Shown here: positions 39,607 to 53,879 of the stretch, one piece after another
Position numbering within the stretch: the stretch's first letter is position 1
How the letters are laid out: every line of letters starts with the position of its first letter
NCBI GenBank assembly: GCA_976551045.1
Contig: CDPCPM010000196.1
Coordinates: forward strand, 4,650,001 to 4,714,000
Length of the DNA: 64,000 nucleotides
Source of the DNA: Glaucostegus cemiculus
Lineage: Eukaryota
Direction: 5' to 3'
Notes under the pieces: generated by a model
The model's input: the letters and a program-made list of their open reading frames with translations, nothing else
Database searches by the model: none
Told to the model about the DNA's origin: nothing
Translations under genes and position numbers: made by a program

Positions 39607-41912
39607 AAGAACACGTGGCACATTTGCGGTAGATCTGCCAGCGCCTATGCGACTACGGAATGGCAATCAACCCGGCGAAGTGCCAGTCCGGCTGACGGAG
39701 ATCGACTTCTTGGGCCACAGGATTAACTAACATGGCGCAGCCCCCTACCAAACAAGGTCCTCGCCATCCGCCAGTTCCCCAAGCCCCGTACCGGCAAGGG
39801 CCTGCAGGAGTTCGGAGGGAAGGTCAATTTTTTATCATCGGCTCATGCCTGAGACAGCAATCATCTGAGACCCTTGTTCAGCCTGATGGCCAGCAAGGCC
39901 AAAGAGGTTCACGGGACGCGAAGTCCACGGAGGCGTTCGAGCAAGCCAAGGAGGAGCTGACGAAGGCGACCGTCCTAGTACACCCGAGAGTCGATGTACT
40001 CACAGCACTCACCGTCGACGGTACTGACACGGCTGTCGGCGGAGTCCTGGAGCAGCTCGTCGAGGGCCAGTGACGACCACTCGCTTTCTTCAGCACGGCA
40101 GCTACGGCAACCAAACGTGAAGTACAGCGCTTTTGACTGAGAGTTGCTAGCGCTCCACCTGGTGTCCGGCATTTCCGGTATTTACTCGAGGGAAGGAAGT
40201 TCGCCGTGTTTCCGGGCCAAAAACACCATCACCTTCGCACTGAAGAAGATATTGGATCCATGGTCATCTCGGCAGCAGAGGCACATGCCCTTTATTTCAG
40301 ATTTCACCACGGACGTCCGCCACATCGCGGGGAAGAACGATGTCGTCGCAGACAACCTATCTTCCCCCTGCCACCGCTCAGTATGTATATCTTCCTCAAG
40401 CATCGACTGCAAGCACTGGCGGAAGCACAACAGTCAGACATCGAGATCTCGGCGTACCGCACCGCCGTTTTGACACTCTAGCTGGAGGACGTCCCCATCG
40501 GCCTGGCAGCAATTCGACTCCTGTGAGATGTGTCTACCTGCAGATCCCCGCCCCCGATACCAGCAGCATGGAGGTGCCGGGTGTTCGACGCGCTGCACGA
40601 CCTGCCCCATCCGTCCATGGGAGGGTCCATCAAGCTTGTTGCGGACCGATTTGTCTGGCACGGTTTGCGCAACCAGGTCGGGCACTGGACCAGGACCTGC
40701 GGACACTAACATACCGCCAAAGTCCAGTGGCACCTGAAGGCTCCCCTACAGCAATTTCAGCCTACGCACTGTAGGTTCCAACAATTCCACATGGCTTTCA
40801 TTGCCCACCTGCCGTATCCCGGGGCGCCACGTATATCTTTACCATGGTAGACAGGATCACCAGGTGGCCAAAAGCCGTACTGCTGGCAGACATGTCCACT
40901 GATTCCTGCGCCAGGACGCTCATTGCGAACTTGGTCGCCAGGTTCGGTATCGCTACGGACATCACCTCAGTCAGGGGAAATCAGTTCAAATATGGTTTCT
41001 GGACAGCACCTGCACAGCTCTTGTGCAGCCAGCTGCATTAGATCACAGCGTACTATCCCCAGTCCAACGGTTTGGTGGAGCGGTTCCATCGGCATCTCAA
41101 GACGACCTTGATGGCTCGTCTCAAGAGACCTAACTGGACAGACGAGCTTCCTTATGTCTTGCTAGGCATTCACACATTCTCCAGGGAAGACATGGGCCGC
41201 TCCTCGGCGGAGTTGGTTAACGGCGCTGCCCTGACGGTTGCAAGCAAATTCGTACCGGGGTCCCGTGGTGAGGAAGAAACTCCTGCAGAGGTGCACATGG
41301 GCTGCGGGACAAGGTAGGTACCGCGGCACCTGTCTCTCCTCCAGGCATGATCCCACGCCGTCCTTCACTCCTAAAGGCCCCTGGACTGTGAGTCTGTTTT
41401 TATTCGCAGGGGCCTGTGCAAGTCATATCAACAGCGACCTACGAAGGACACTTAAAATTGATCCGGCACAATGGATCTACGTGTGCTCTAGAGGTGGGTG
41501 GCCGGAAAGAGACTTTTACAATATAAACCTCAAACAGACACACCTGACACTGAGCAGCCAGTGAGGGTACCCACAACCGGTCAGCGTGGCCGGCCATCTC
41601 AGACAGCCTCACGAATTGGGGCCTCCACTTCCGCGATTGACGTTTCTGAGGGGTGACCGTGTGGCGGCCCTCACCCGCCGGAACCATAATAGCCATTAAG
41701 AGCCGCGTGCGCATTCGCGGAAGTGCGTCTTGAACTATCTCCCGTGGGCGGACCTTCCAGGAACGTCTGACGTGGTCGGAGCCCGCGTGGTGGCGGAGTG
41801 TTGTGGGTAGAGCTTTTTGGAATGCTTTTGTATGGTTGAAGTAAAGTTTCTGTAGATCTCGCTCTCTCTCTCGCCGCGTCGGTTCTCCTTTAGAGCTCAG
41901 CAATCTGCTACA
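39607..41912 (+). mobile_element. Gypsy LTR retrotransposon 3' half (RT end, RNase H, integrase, PPT, 3' LTR), decayed
   Basis: Motifs INPAKC, IDFLGH, TVDGTDTAVGGVLEQ, FTTDVRHIAGKNDVVADNLS, MVDRITRWP and GLVERFHRHLK. A G-rich PPT at about 41648-41656 precedes an LTR at 41660-41912 (TGTGGCG...GCTACA). Multiple stops and frameshifts. Confidence 0.92.
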
Positions 41913-43030
41913 AGAGGATGGATTCGAGGTTTAGAGAGATATGTCTTGTGGGGTAAGGATCGGCAAGGATTTTGAGTCTGACACGGTAGTTCTGCATGTA
42001 GTTCTAGGGTAAAAGATAGAATCGGGCTGTGTGGGATTGTATCGCTATCAGCTTGGAAGTTGTCGGGAGGAGATCTCCTGATGTGAGGAGATCTATCATG
42101 GTCTGGGTACATTGTCTTACTATACAATAGTGAGCTTATTGTCCAAGGGCGTAGGAGGAAGCTGTCAAGAGCTGCCTGCCCTCTGGCCTCTGCAGGTTGG
42201 AGGACGGTTCGCCAGAGCACAACCAGGTCAGATTTGTCTGCTGCATTTCTAATGAGGTCCGGATTGGTGTGAAATGACTGGGGTGATGCACGTAGAGAGC
42301 GGGTGATATTAGAGTGAGTGAGGGGAGAGGAGAAATTTAGGACGATTCTGGTTCTTTGTCAATTGGGAATGGTCAGGTCTGCAGAGGATTAACGGCCAAA
42401 AGGGAGCATTCAAGAGGAGAGGACGAGTTGGAATCACAAGGCTTGGTCGTCACGGGAAATGCAGGTGCTGGGTGGATTCCTCGCCAAAAATAAAAGACAC
42501 AGAGGCGAAAGGAATATCATATCGTATAGTAACTCGATGAGTTGCGGGCGTATGAGTGCATTGGTGAGTCCTTTGATGAGAAAAAAAAAACGCTCAGCGT
42601 CATAGATGTTGACATCGCGGAGATGTTGAGCTCTGGCATAAAGAGGTCATGGGAAAGAGGGTTCCGTCGAAAACTGGTCATAAGAGAGATGGAAGCCTCT
42701 AATGGTTCGAGATTGATCTTGGTTCAGCTCTTAGCCTTGTACCTTGAGGATAGCGGGGCCGCGTTAGCGTGGTGGTGCCCACCGCATGGTGGCGGTCTGG
42801 TGGAGCATCGATTCTCGGGGTCTCAGTCTGCGCCCGTCTGCCCTCTCAGAGAACCAACGTTTTGAACCGCTCAAACCATGAGCATAATTCCAAGAACTTG
42901 AGTCATTTGCTTTCTTGAGTAATTTGCTTCTGGTATAATCCTTCTGTAATCGTCTTTGGGAATTCCATAGCCATTATGCCCATTAAATGGACTCCTCTTC
43001 TTCTGATCGATATAATTCGAGAAATGAAGA
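41913..43030 (-). mobile_element. Penelope-like element 5' region (unit A/B boundary)
   Basis: Homologous to 26090-26915 and 55122-56230. It includes the antisense PHIRRSPPD motif region shared with 26440-26470. Confidence 0.72.
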
Positions 43031-43759
43031 ATGATAGTTAGTGGCATCAATCTGCTTTGGATATGGGCCTATTTGTTTTCCTATTTGCCTCTTTGTTTAC
43101 ATTTTGCTCAGAATATGTACTCTGGTCTTCTGAGTATTTCTGATGCCACACTGACCTAACTTCAGCCATTCTTTTTTTCTTCTTTCTATTTTCTGGACGG
43201 ACTTCCTAAATTGCATAACAGATTGATTTGTGTAGCAAATGAAAATTACTTCCATCGAAGGCATCCAAAGGAATACCGAGATGATTTTTCCCCAGTAGGA
43301 CAATTCTGAACACCAAACAAATATCGAAATTATATCGACAATTCTCTTTGTATCACATTAGTCGGCCAAGGCTTAAACCAATGTTTCCGGACGGCATAAG
43401 ATGTGTTATATGCTGTGTGATTTAAGGTTCCATGAAAAACAATTTGTATATAGCCTTCTTAAAGTTTTAATATATTGCTGAACATTAAGCAAATATAGAA
43501 GCTATGATTATATTGCAGGGCACACGCGGCAAAAAGAATGTATTCACGTCATCAAACAGCTTTACAAGCTCTTTTATATTTGTGGTTTCCAGTTGGAATA
43601 CAGGGTCAGAACCAACGTATTGATAGGGATAGAATTCTGAAATCTTGTTCGCCTCATCTGGTTCATTTTTCGAGAAAGTCTGTGACTCTGCTTCAGGCAG
43701 AAGCCTTTATTTTAGCATTTGTCAGCCACCATGCTACATTCTAGATTTCAATGATTGAT

Positions 43760-45060
43760 TCATGTTCTACCATTGTTTAAGAAAGGCCGCATGACAAAGC
43801 CGAGAAACGACAGACCAGTGACTCCAATTGCAGAGATAGGTAATGCATACGGAGATGATTCTGATAGGCCAGATGTACATGCATCTGAAATGGCAAGGAC
43901 TGACCAGCGATACACAGCGTGGCTTTGGGTAATACTGTCTAAAATCTTGACTAAAGTGATAGATGAGGGAAGTCAAGTAGACGTTATCTACATTACGTTA
44001 GCAAGATTTCTGTCAATGTACCGCGCGTTAGGCCAAACAAGAAAGTTAAATGGCATGAGGTCCAGGGTGTGGAAGCATAATGGATACAAGATTGGTTTGA
44101 CTATAGAAGAAGAAGGTTTATGGTGGGTAGTTGTTTCCAGACTGGAGGACCGATCAGCGGTGTACCACAGGGATCAGCGCTTGGTTGGCTTTTGTGTATC
44201 ATTTATATGAACCAATTGTATGAGAATGCAGGTGCAATGACTGGATTTGCGGATGACGCTGACGTTGGGAGTAGAGCGAAGCGTGAAAAACATCTGAAGC
44301 TACAACGTGATCTTCATCAACTGAGCCAGTGTATCGATGAATGACAGATGGAGTTTAGTTCTATAAATATTAGCTGTTTCATTTTGGTATGACAAACTAT
44401 GCTATGTCTTACAGTCTAACTGGGAGGTCCCGGGAATATTGCAGAATACGTTGCGACGGAGGTGGACATATTACCGAAGAAGATTTTTATTACGCTGGAT
44501 TTCTTTGGCCAGAATACAGCGTACAGCATTTGGAACGTTAGGTTGCAGCTGTAAAATACATCGATAATTCCGCATTTGTAGTACTATGTACAATTCGGTT
44601 CGCTTTTATTTTGCAAGTATATCAGTGAACTGGGATGGTGCAAAAAGAAGATCTACAATGTTATTGGTATTTTTGTTCTTGGATTCTGAGAAGAAGCGAG
44701 ATATCAGGTATTTTTTCAACGTAATGTACGGAATCATGAGGGGCACAGATAAGATGAACATCCAAAAGGCTTCTGCCCAGTGTGGGGGAGTCCGAAACAA
44801 AAGGACATTGTTTTAAAGCGAGAGTGGAATTCTTTAAAGGGCACGGAAACTGACTTTTTTTTTACACAACGAGCTACCAGAGTAAGTGATACAGGCAGGT
44901 ACCACGGAATCCAGAAAATTACCTGTATCAGAAAGGTTTAAACGGATAAAGGGTAAGCGCAATCAGATGGGACTACCAAAGATAGGGACTTTGATTTGCA
45001 CGGCCGAGTTGGACTGAAAGGCCGATTTTCCGTCCTGTACAGCCGAATGAACCTGTGGTT
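43760..45060 (+). mobile_element. Degenerate CR1 LINE (unit B)
   Basis: HVLPLFKKGRMTKPRNDRPVT and SGVPQGSALG..GFADDADVG..LQRDL. Paralog of 27440-29420 without the Rex insertion. Confidence 0.83.
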
Positions 45061-48000
45061 TGCTTAAGCACTAGACGAGGAAAACGCCGGCAACGCATTG
45101 CATGGCGATCTGACAAAGGTGCAGGAATTAGGCGAAAACATTGACAGCAGAATAAAAAAAATGGTTCCTATTTTCTGGACTGTACAGAAGGAGGTGCATG
45201 GAATTTAACTTTAACATAAACGAACCAAATGCTCACCGATATTCGGCCAAATATTCTCAAATTTCTTTCGATATTCACACATCCACGTGCGGCTCGCAGG
45301 TAGAAATCATGAAAATATTTTTGGCTGATATATTTTTGGACGAACAGTTCTCTTGCCGGATTCCTTTTCTCTCTAATTTCAGCCGAAAAACACCAGGTGA
45401 TTCCACCTTCAAACGGCGTAAGGTCGTCCAATATCTGAAAATCTCGCTTTAAACGCTAACATTTGCTGACTCGAAGCCTGCCATAAAGATGTAGGTTGCT
45501 GCAATCCCAGAGGTACAGGCGCTCAACGAACAAGATCCAGGAACCTGAAGTTAAAATAAGCTCTTTGTGTATTTCCATTTGACATGACGGTTGTTCCATT
45601 GATTCCATCGCAGAACCTTGAGCACTATTAAGGTACTGTGTTTAATATCGTTGCCTGCCCAAGAATATATCAGAAAAATACGTGGCACTTCAATTCCACT
45701 CAAAATGAACAGTTTCAAGATTGGTAATGTGTGCACAGAATGATGTTGATCTCAGTTAATGGTGCCAATTGTTAACTTAGCCTGTTGATCTCAGTGCGCT
45801 TCTTTTCCTCTTCTGTTCCCCTCAAAAGAAAGATCGTCAGAGTGTTTGAAAAGCGAGTTATGCACTTTCTTTGAGCCTGTGTGACGCAGCTGACGCAGGG
45901 CCATATCAGATCTTGCAACGTTGACAACTACTTTCATTGAACTTGGCAAGTCGCAGAATGAATCAGTATAAAGCCTGCAAACACTTAATTAACTGACTCG
46001 ACTGGATACAGTGCCCCGAAGATGCAGTGCACTAACACTGGACGGGAACAGCGTTGTGCTGTGGCGAATGGGGCGGAGTCCTGATGGCGGTCATCAGGGC
46101 CTCCATTCGAAATGCAGAAAAATTGATGAAAATATGCTACACCAACTTCACTGATCAATAGAAGTATTCACTGTTCATGTTCTTTCTTGTTAAGTCAATT
46201 ACAGGAAAGTATTGTGAATGTTTTCTATCTGCATGATAGCGCTGTTCCATACTTGGAAGGAGAGAGAATGTATTCATTCTATGGGATATGCGGCATTTTG
46301 GCATTTATATCAGTGGGGAAATCTCATGTGAGATACCAGTTATAATCGTGAAATAAACATATTAACTCCCGATAAACAAAACGGCAAATTGTTGGGAATC
46401 CTCCCTGTGTCAAATGGCATAAGTGGAGAAGGAAACGCAGTTAATCTTCCAGTTCGCTGACGTCTCATCAAGATGAAGCTCTGTTTATCGATGCAGGAGA
46501 TTTTGTAATGATCTGAATAAAACTTAAACCATAAATCCTTTTCAGATAAATCTCAGATTCTGAAATATGACAATATTTAATTCGAAAGTCATAAAATCAT
46601 TTGAAGAATAAAAGACGTGTATGTACAATAGACTGATTTCCCCAGACCGCAGTGGAGTGCCATCCGCTGTGCTTCTTCTTCCCTTGGAAATAAATAAAAT
46701 TAATACCAAAGACTTTCAGTTCCTCTGGAATGCAGAAAAAAATCTGATAGGTAATGATGGGGGAAATAATTGGAAATGGCTAGAAAATAAATGTACGTGC
46801 AGATTGGTGAACTCAGCAGAAGTAACAAGAGCGGACTGCACTGAAAACCGCGAACATACGAGGCGAAGCGGCAAGAATGACGTCGTCTGGTATGATTTAC
46901 GGAGTGTGCATCATGTTTGGCAAGTCCAACCGGAAAAGTCAGTATGTACTCGAAAACTAAACTCCACTGTGAAGCTGAGGATCCAACGACAAAAACCATA
47001 TGTCGCAGTCCTAAATCAGGTTCTCTCTCCTGAAATGCAGACTAGATGGTGAATTAATCAAACCATACTCCACCTTTAATCTGGAGTGGATGGTAACACA
47101 TCATATGCTGAAAAAATACATAAACGTTTGTGAATGTACCCGGTGCTTGCATTGGTGGATGAAAATGGATGTTGAGCTGGTTGATATAGTTCCAATAACG
47201 TCCTGGATGACACAACTACGGTGCACCACAGGTCAGAGGCTTTCAATCATTAACAATAGTCAATTATCACAGATTGCCTTCGATCACTGTGCCAGTTTTG
47301 TATCCACTTTATCAATTTCCTTTCAATCACACCGGGTTCTATGCTTTTAAACACTTGTGCAAATGCATATTTGCCTCAGGCCTTTTGCAAGACAACATAG
47401 ATAATATCGGCTGCACCTCTTCATCAACGTATTTCATTGTCACTTTGAAACATATCAGTTAAACCGGTCAGACAGGATCTGCCCATAACAAAGCTATGGT
47501 GACTCCCTTTGACCTTCCCCTGTTCTGTGGATGTAATGAGATATCCCGACCCTCCGTAATTTTTGAAATAAATCTTCCTTTATTTCAGTCATAATATACC
47601 ACATTTTATATCCTCCACTCGTCTGGCATATCACCTTGTGACTATTGCTGATGTACTGGTCTCCGTGTGTGCTTCATGGGTCTCCACCGTTACCCACGTT
47701 ACTAGAAACCTCATAAAAGCTCTGGATACCTCTCACGCGCTCTGTTCCAATGAGAATAAAACATCCTATCCAATGTGTCCTTCTGGCAACATCGTGCTGA
47801 ATCTCTTCTTCACTCTCTGTATTGTTATCACTTTGGTCCTGTGGCGTTACAACTGGAACTGCCCATAATACTCCAAGTTCGACCTGAAAAAGTCTTGTAT
47901 AGCTGAAACTTTACATTTCAACTCGTGTGCTCAGTGCTTCGGAAGAAGAAAGCAAGCATGCACATTGCTTTTTTACCACCCTCTAAGCCGACATTGCCAT

Positions 48001-48697
48001 TCCTTATGAACTATGAACTTCCATCCAAGTTTCCGTTAAACATTAACACGTCTGAACCCCTTAATAATTAATCTATATTGTTTCCATTCAATGTCCCAAA
48101 GAGCAATACCTCACACTGATCTGTATTACATCTATCAACTACCTCCGCCTTCGCCAACTTTCTAACCGATCCATGCCCACTCTACCATTTCAAGAGAGTC
48201 TTCGCTACATAGGTTCCACTAATTGTAATTACCATTTCTTTTGATTTCCCTTCAACACTGAAAATCCTCAAGAATAATAGCAAATAGTAAAAAAAAAATA
48301 AAGTTGCACACGAACAGTACTGTTAGAAGTAGGATTTTGTACAGCCAATGATTGTATATTCTCCAGTACAAGCTGTATATCAATAATCTATATTCTTTAT
48401 ATAAGATTTTTCTGCCTTGGCTGATGGGGTGTAAATAACGATGCATTAACGGAATGTGTGAGGACAGTGATATTTGATGTAGTTTAATTTTCACTGATAA
48501 ATTAATCTCAAAATGTCAAAATTGGTAACAATAAAGGTGTCGCTTCCTGTTCTGTTTATTCTAAATATAGTTAATGAGTATTTCGCAATGTTCATGTGCC
48601 ACTTGTGTTTTCAATCCAATATAAGCAAGATTTTGCTGTGAGGATAAGATAACATTGTTTCTATTATCCTCGAAGTCAGCGGCGCTTCTCTCAGAAT

Positions 48698-51600
48698 ATG
48701 GAACAACCGTTAATCATACAAGTTAAAAACATTTATTACCCTGTTCTTGCAATCGTTGTCTTTCCTGGTAAGTTGGATATTATAAGATGTTTGCATTGTT
48801 GCACCTTCACCGTGTCAACCGTACATTCCGTACAGTGTGCCCACTGCTCAAATGATTTTGCACAGTTGCTGTGGACACAAAGGCAGTTCTTGTTTGCCAG
48901 TCAGATGCATTTATTAATGACTGCACGTCAGACATATTTATATGTTTTTCCCCATTGCTGTTATCTCTGTTCAGCAAATTTACCTGGACAGCCATTTTCC
49001 GGAAAAACGAATAGACTTCACTTAGCTTCAAATGGACAATGTTCCATCTTTCATTCTGGGTAACTATCATCTTCATATCAAGAAGGCGAGTCGTCAAACG
49101 GGGAAGAGATTGTATGGAACTAAAACTGAACATGCACAGAAAACTATTTTGGAAATTCCGTTCTTTGTTGTTTGCCCATTTTAAACCCTGTCATTGTGGC
49201 AGAAGGTAATCGGGTGGAACTCAGTTAAAAATACTGTTCATATATATCAGCGATGAAATGAGTTTGCAAAATGCGATGCTACAACTGGAAAATAAATTGT
49301 GCGCTCTTGCACCAACAATGTTTATTTTTTAATTTGCATACCCTCTGTTGGAAATCCTTAACCCAGCAGATAAGATACGATATTTATTAATCACATGTCC
49401 ATCGAAACACAAAATGAAATGCATATTTTTAAGTTCAGTTGCCTGGAACAGCCTGCAAGTGTCTCCTTAGGGTCAGGGTTATCATGACCAAAATTCCTAA
49501 TCTTTTCGACTTTGGAATGTCGGACAAAACCGGTGGGACATGGAGAGGACATCCAACCTCCTTACCGAGAGAGGTCAGAATTCATTCCAGATCGCTGGTG
49601 CTGTGATAGTGCTACGTAAACCGCTATTCAACCTTGCTGCCCATCCCAAATACGTTGAAGGTGTGTTTCCAGATACACTTCCAAACTGTGTCATTTCCTT
49701 TGAAAATAGAGACTAAGTGTCCTGATATGCTTACCGTTGTGGAGAAACATTCAAGACCTGTGAGATGACCGAGAGGATGGGATAAATAAGTTCCTTGCAG
49801 CGGCAACCACCCAGCTAACAATATATTTTCAATTCTCAGCATAGAATCATGACAAGTTTAGTTAATCACAGGTGAAATTTGATCATTCAGGTGTTCACAA
49901 TATTGTAAAATTACCGTTCTATGTCCCATGTCAGTTCTGTGGAAAAGATAATGCAATTTGGTAAGACACTTGAAACCAAATGTGATCATATCAATGAGAT
50001 AACTTGATTTTGTCACGAAGATTCGAGTTAACTGCATTAATGGAAAAAAGAGAATTTGCACAGTTCAGCTGCATTGAACATTAACGTTTACACATACACA
50101 GTGCAAGTAAAGTCACAACACTGTTTGGAAAATCTGCACGTCAAATTTTACGATGTTATCATTGACATAGATTTGAGCAGAAGAAATAAAAGTGTGTGTT
50201 TTGCAGAATTCATTCGGACTAGTTGCCAGAGAACTGTTTCGAGTTCATTATTTACTCTTGGTCAATCGAGGCTGCTCCGATTTTCTCCTCGGTTCTGCAA
50301 TACTTTGTAACTTGGTAAACTTTCATTCCTCATCAAGCAAAAGCCTATCAATTATGCCTAAAAATATTCAAATATTTAAAGACACTTTCTTTTCACCAAT
50401 ATAGCGCAAGAGAGTTTCAAAGATCAATGATCCACCGAGTAACAAAACAGGTTAATCCCTCTTCGGTGTGTGAGAACATTTTCTAATATGCCATCCAGTT
50501 GTGGATAAATGCTTGGAGGCAATATCTACTCCAAATTCACCGTAACAAGTGTCTTACATGTTTCAAAAAGCACTAATTTTATTCTTGTAAAGTATTGAGA
50601 ATACAAGCCCTGGCCGTCCAGCCTTCCATCATCAGATATTAAAACGAATACAAAAGAATGGCACGAAGTGTATCCAGTCTCGGCTAAAATATCTTTGAAA
50701 GAAGGCTTTGGTAACATTCCGCTACAAAGGATGTCGTCCAGTCCCCAAATGAAAATGAATCTCCATAATAAGACGAATCCAGAATCGTCGAAAAAAAGTG
50801 AATATCCTCTCCGTTGCAAGGCTTACCAATCTCCTTTGCGTTTTGCAGCAAACATGATGACAATTCTCGTTCTCTGTCTTGGAAACTGCGGTCTCTCCAA
50901 ATGCATCATCCGGTACCTGCTGTCGATGGCTGTCGCTGACCTCATGGTTCTGGTATTTGACGTAATTATCTATCAGATTAAAGATAGTTACTTCCCATAT
51001 TCAATCACGAACTCTCCGCCGGTGTGTAGTCTTAACCTGACTCTATTTTATGTTTCCCTTGATTGCTCTGTCTGGTTAACCGTGATGTTTACCTTTGATC
51101 GATTTGTTGTGATACGGTGCCAAACGTTACGGGCAAGATATTGTACAGAAAATGCCGCTGCTGTGATGGTGGCCCTGGTGTACCTCTCAAGTATTTCACA
51201 GAATGCTCCAGCGTATTTTATATATGAACCTCTGCAAATAATTGACAAAATACCATGGTCCTGCGTTGTAGAATCAAGATTCTATATCGTGACATTATGG
51301 ATAACACTTTTGTGGCTAGATACAATTTTAATCCCGGTTTTGCCATTTACTTTAATCGTCGTGCTCAATGGACTGACAATTAGACATATTGTACTGGCTA
51401 ACAGATTGAGGCGTGGTCTTCGAGTCGGGATGAAATTTGAGAATAACACTGATACAGAGATGGCGAATTGAAGGAAATCAATCACGTTGCTACTCTCCAT
51501 ATCTGGCTCTTTTATCCAGCTTTGGATGGTAAAATTTGTTTGTTATTTATCCGTGCACTTCACAGATAGTCAGTTTTTAGGAATTAATTACAATGACCCG

Positions 51601-51771
51601 TTCACCATTGCATAACAGTCTGGATATATGCTGCAAAGTTTGATTTCTTGCACAAATACCTTCATTTATGCAGCCTCCCAGTCCAAATTCAGAAATGAAT
51701 TAAAGAAGGAAATTAAACGTCCGCTCGAGCTGTTTGGTAATATAATAAGGAAAATAAAGATTAATTTCTAA
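48698..51771 (+). pseudogene. GPR139-like GPCR, copy 6: frame intact but with two nonsense codons
   Basis: Exon 1 is 48698-48767 (ATG, gtaag donor) and exon 2 is 50849-51771 (ttttgcag acceptor). The spliced frame is 330 codons plus stop, interrupted by TGA at 51469-51471 (CGA in copies 4 and 5) and TAA at 51613-51615 (GAA in copies 4 and 5). Confidence 0.94.
49368..49642 (-). mobile_element. V-type tRNA SINE in the intron of copy 6 (internally deleted)
   Basis: Positional paralog of 34546-34865. Confidence 0.75.
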
Positions 51772-52364
51772 ATAAGATAAAACATAAACATCTATCGATG
51801 TTCAGGTGTTATGTAATTTATGTGGATGCTGAAAATTTCAAAGGAAATTTGATCTGTTCTGTTTGCCGAAGGTGTGCAGAATTGCAGCAGATAGTGCCTT
51901 CCTGTCCGGTCATTTCACGTCAATACGCGTCGAGGCTACTATTCTCACATATATAATGGTCATGACATTTTAATACTCTGGCTTTGTTGATGTTCGGTTT
52001 TCAAGAGTAAAGAGAAGTGTGCATTAGAAATTTTACGTATCTCCTCTCATCGCATCACTGTCGCCTGCCTGTCCTCGCAATTATCCTGCTGTACCTCTTC
52101 TTTCACCCCTTTTACATTCAGCGTGATGTTATTTAAATAAACAAAGGCAAAGGTGTGGATGCTTTTTGGCCTAATTAGGAAATTTTCCGACTGGTTCTTG
52201 ATATAAACCCCCTTCTTTGGATAAAAAAATGCATCCTTATTATATTGTTACCTTAAAATGTCAGTGCATGGAAACTTAATCTCTCAGATTCCAGTGAAAA
52301 TATGTAACTGTTTGTCCAGGAATGATGGAGGCCATGTCATTTAATGCTGAGATATATGATAAAA

Positions 52365-53055
52365 TGAATGGCATCTGGAGGAACTTAGCTTATGAAGCGG
52401 CATCTGTGGATGTGAGAGCCTTCACAGATTGACGCTGCGGGCCGTGAGTCTGCATCACGACTGAGAATGTGATCGAACATTACCAATAGAATGTGTAACG
52501 GAAGTAGTGAGAGAAGGTTAGTAAGTGCAGCCATGTCAGATGGAGACGAAGAGGCAGACGAATCCAGACGTGTCGGTGGTGGTTGACGGTAGAGGCTGAT
52601 GCGTGATAGGGAAATACAGATTTATGAAATGGCTGCAGGAGCCGAATGGGGGTGAGGGGCTGAGGACAGTAGTGTTTGAGGCTGGAAGGTGATAAGTTGA
52701 ACACGAAATTTGTGGGATGAAGGGCAGATCGAAAAAGATGGTGCAAGGAATAGGAAGGACAGTCCCAGAAGAGCAAAAGTGGGTGGTTAGTGGAGTGGGC
52801 AACAGGCAGATGGAAATGAGAAAAAAAGAAGAACTGTTGTCCTGTCGGAGTGGGAAAGGAAAGGAAGATGTCTGGGTTACCTTAAGTTGGAAATTTCTGT
52901 GTTAATGCCATTGGGTTGGAAGTTCCTCAAGAATACTATCAGGTGATGTTTGTCAGTTTACGTTTTGCTTCACCGTGGCAGTGTAGAAGGCAAAGGACAG
53001 GCTGGTCAGTGCTTGAATGGTAAAGAGAGTTGAAGTGACATGCAACCTGAAGCTA
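52365..53055 (-). mobile_element. Penelope-like 3' fragment (unit B)
   Basis: Paralog of 37575-38255. Confidence 0.72.
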
Positions 53056-53879
53056 GACCAATGATTAAAGCTAAGTTTTGGAACGGCAGTAAATACCTTA
53101 GGTGCAGTTGGCGTTAATGTCCTGTTGCTTACCAGGAAAGAAAGAAATATTTGCCCCTCAGATCACTTTGAACTTCCTCCCCTTGGCTTCTAATTTTAGA
53201 CACGCACATACAAAGAAAGAGAGTATCTACGATGCTTTTTGGAGCTGCAACATGGCCTCAAAACTATTATGTTCAATGTTTTAGACTATGAGGGAAATCA
53301 TGCCGAGGCCTTTCTCATTCGCCATACGCTTAGTTCGCCATTTTCATGGAGCAATGAACTTCCACCCACATTGTATTTGTCAATGGAATGTGGAGCGGTC
53401 ACAGAGGAGGAACCAAGTTTGGGAATAATAATGATCCAGAGTTGGAGAATCAAATGACATAAATTACTCTCCTTCTTTCTATATTAGCTTCTTTCGTAAA
53501 ATAAGATTAAGATTTGTTTATTAGTTACGTGTCCATCAACAACGCAGTGAAACGATTCATTTGAGTAGAGTGTTCCGCTGTGGATGGAAATTTGTATTTT
53601 TTACTGATCCGTGCAATTTACAAATCACCGATTTTCAAAAGTGAGTTCCAGCGACCCGACCACCATTGCTGAACAATGCTGTTATGCGTCAAAAGGTTTC
53701 AGTTCTTGAACAAAAACCTTTGCTGCAGTGTCCATGCTCAAATGCAGATATAAACTCAGAAGGTAATTAACGTCTACCGGATCGCTTTATTAACAAAAAA
53801 TGTTCAGAAAGATTATTGTTGAAATGTTCAGTAATTTACATATAAATACCGGAATATTCAAAGGAAATCTGAACTAACA

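Noticed and set aside
50668-50848. 60-aa N-terminal extension of the 267-aa GPCR ORF
   Set aside because: It is intron sequence upstream of the ttttgcag acceptor, starts at GTG, and is not open in copy 5. The real N-terminus is exon 1 at 48698.
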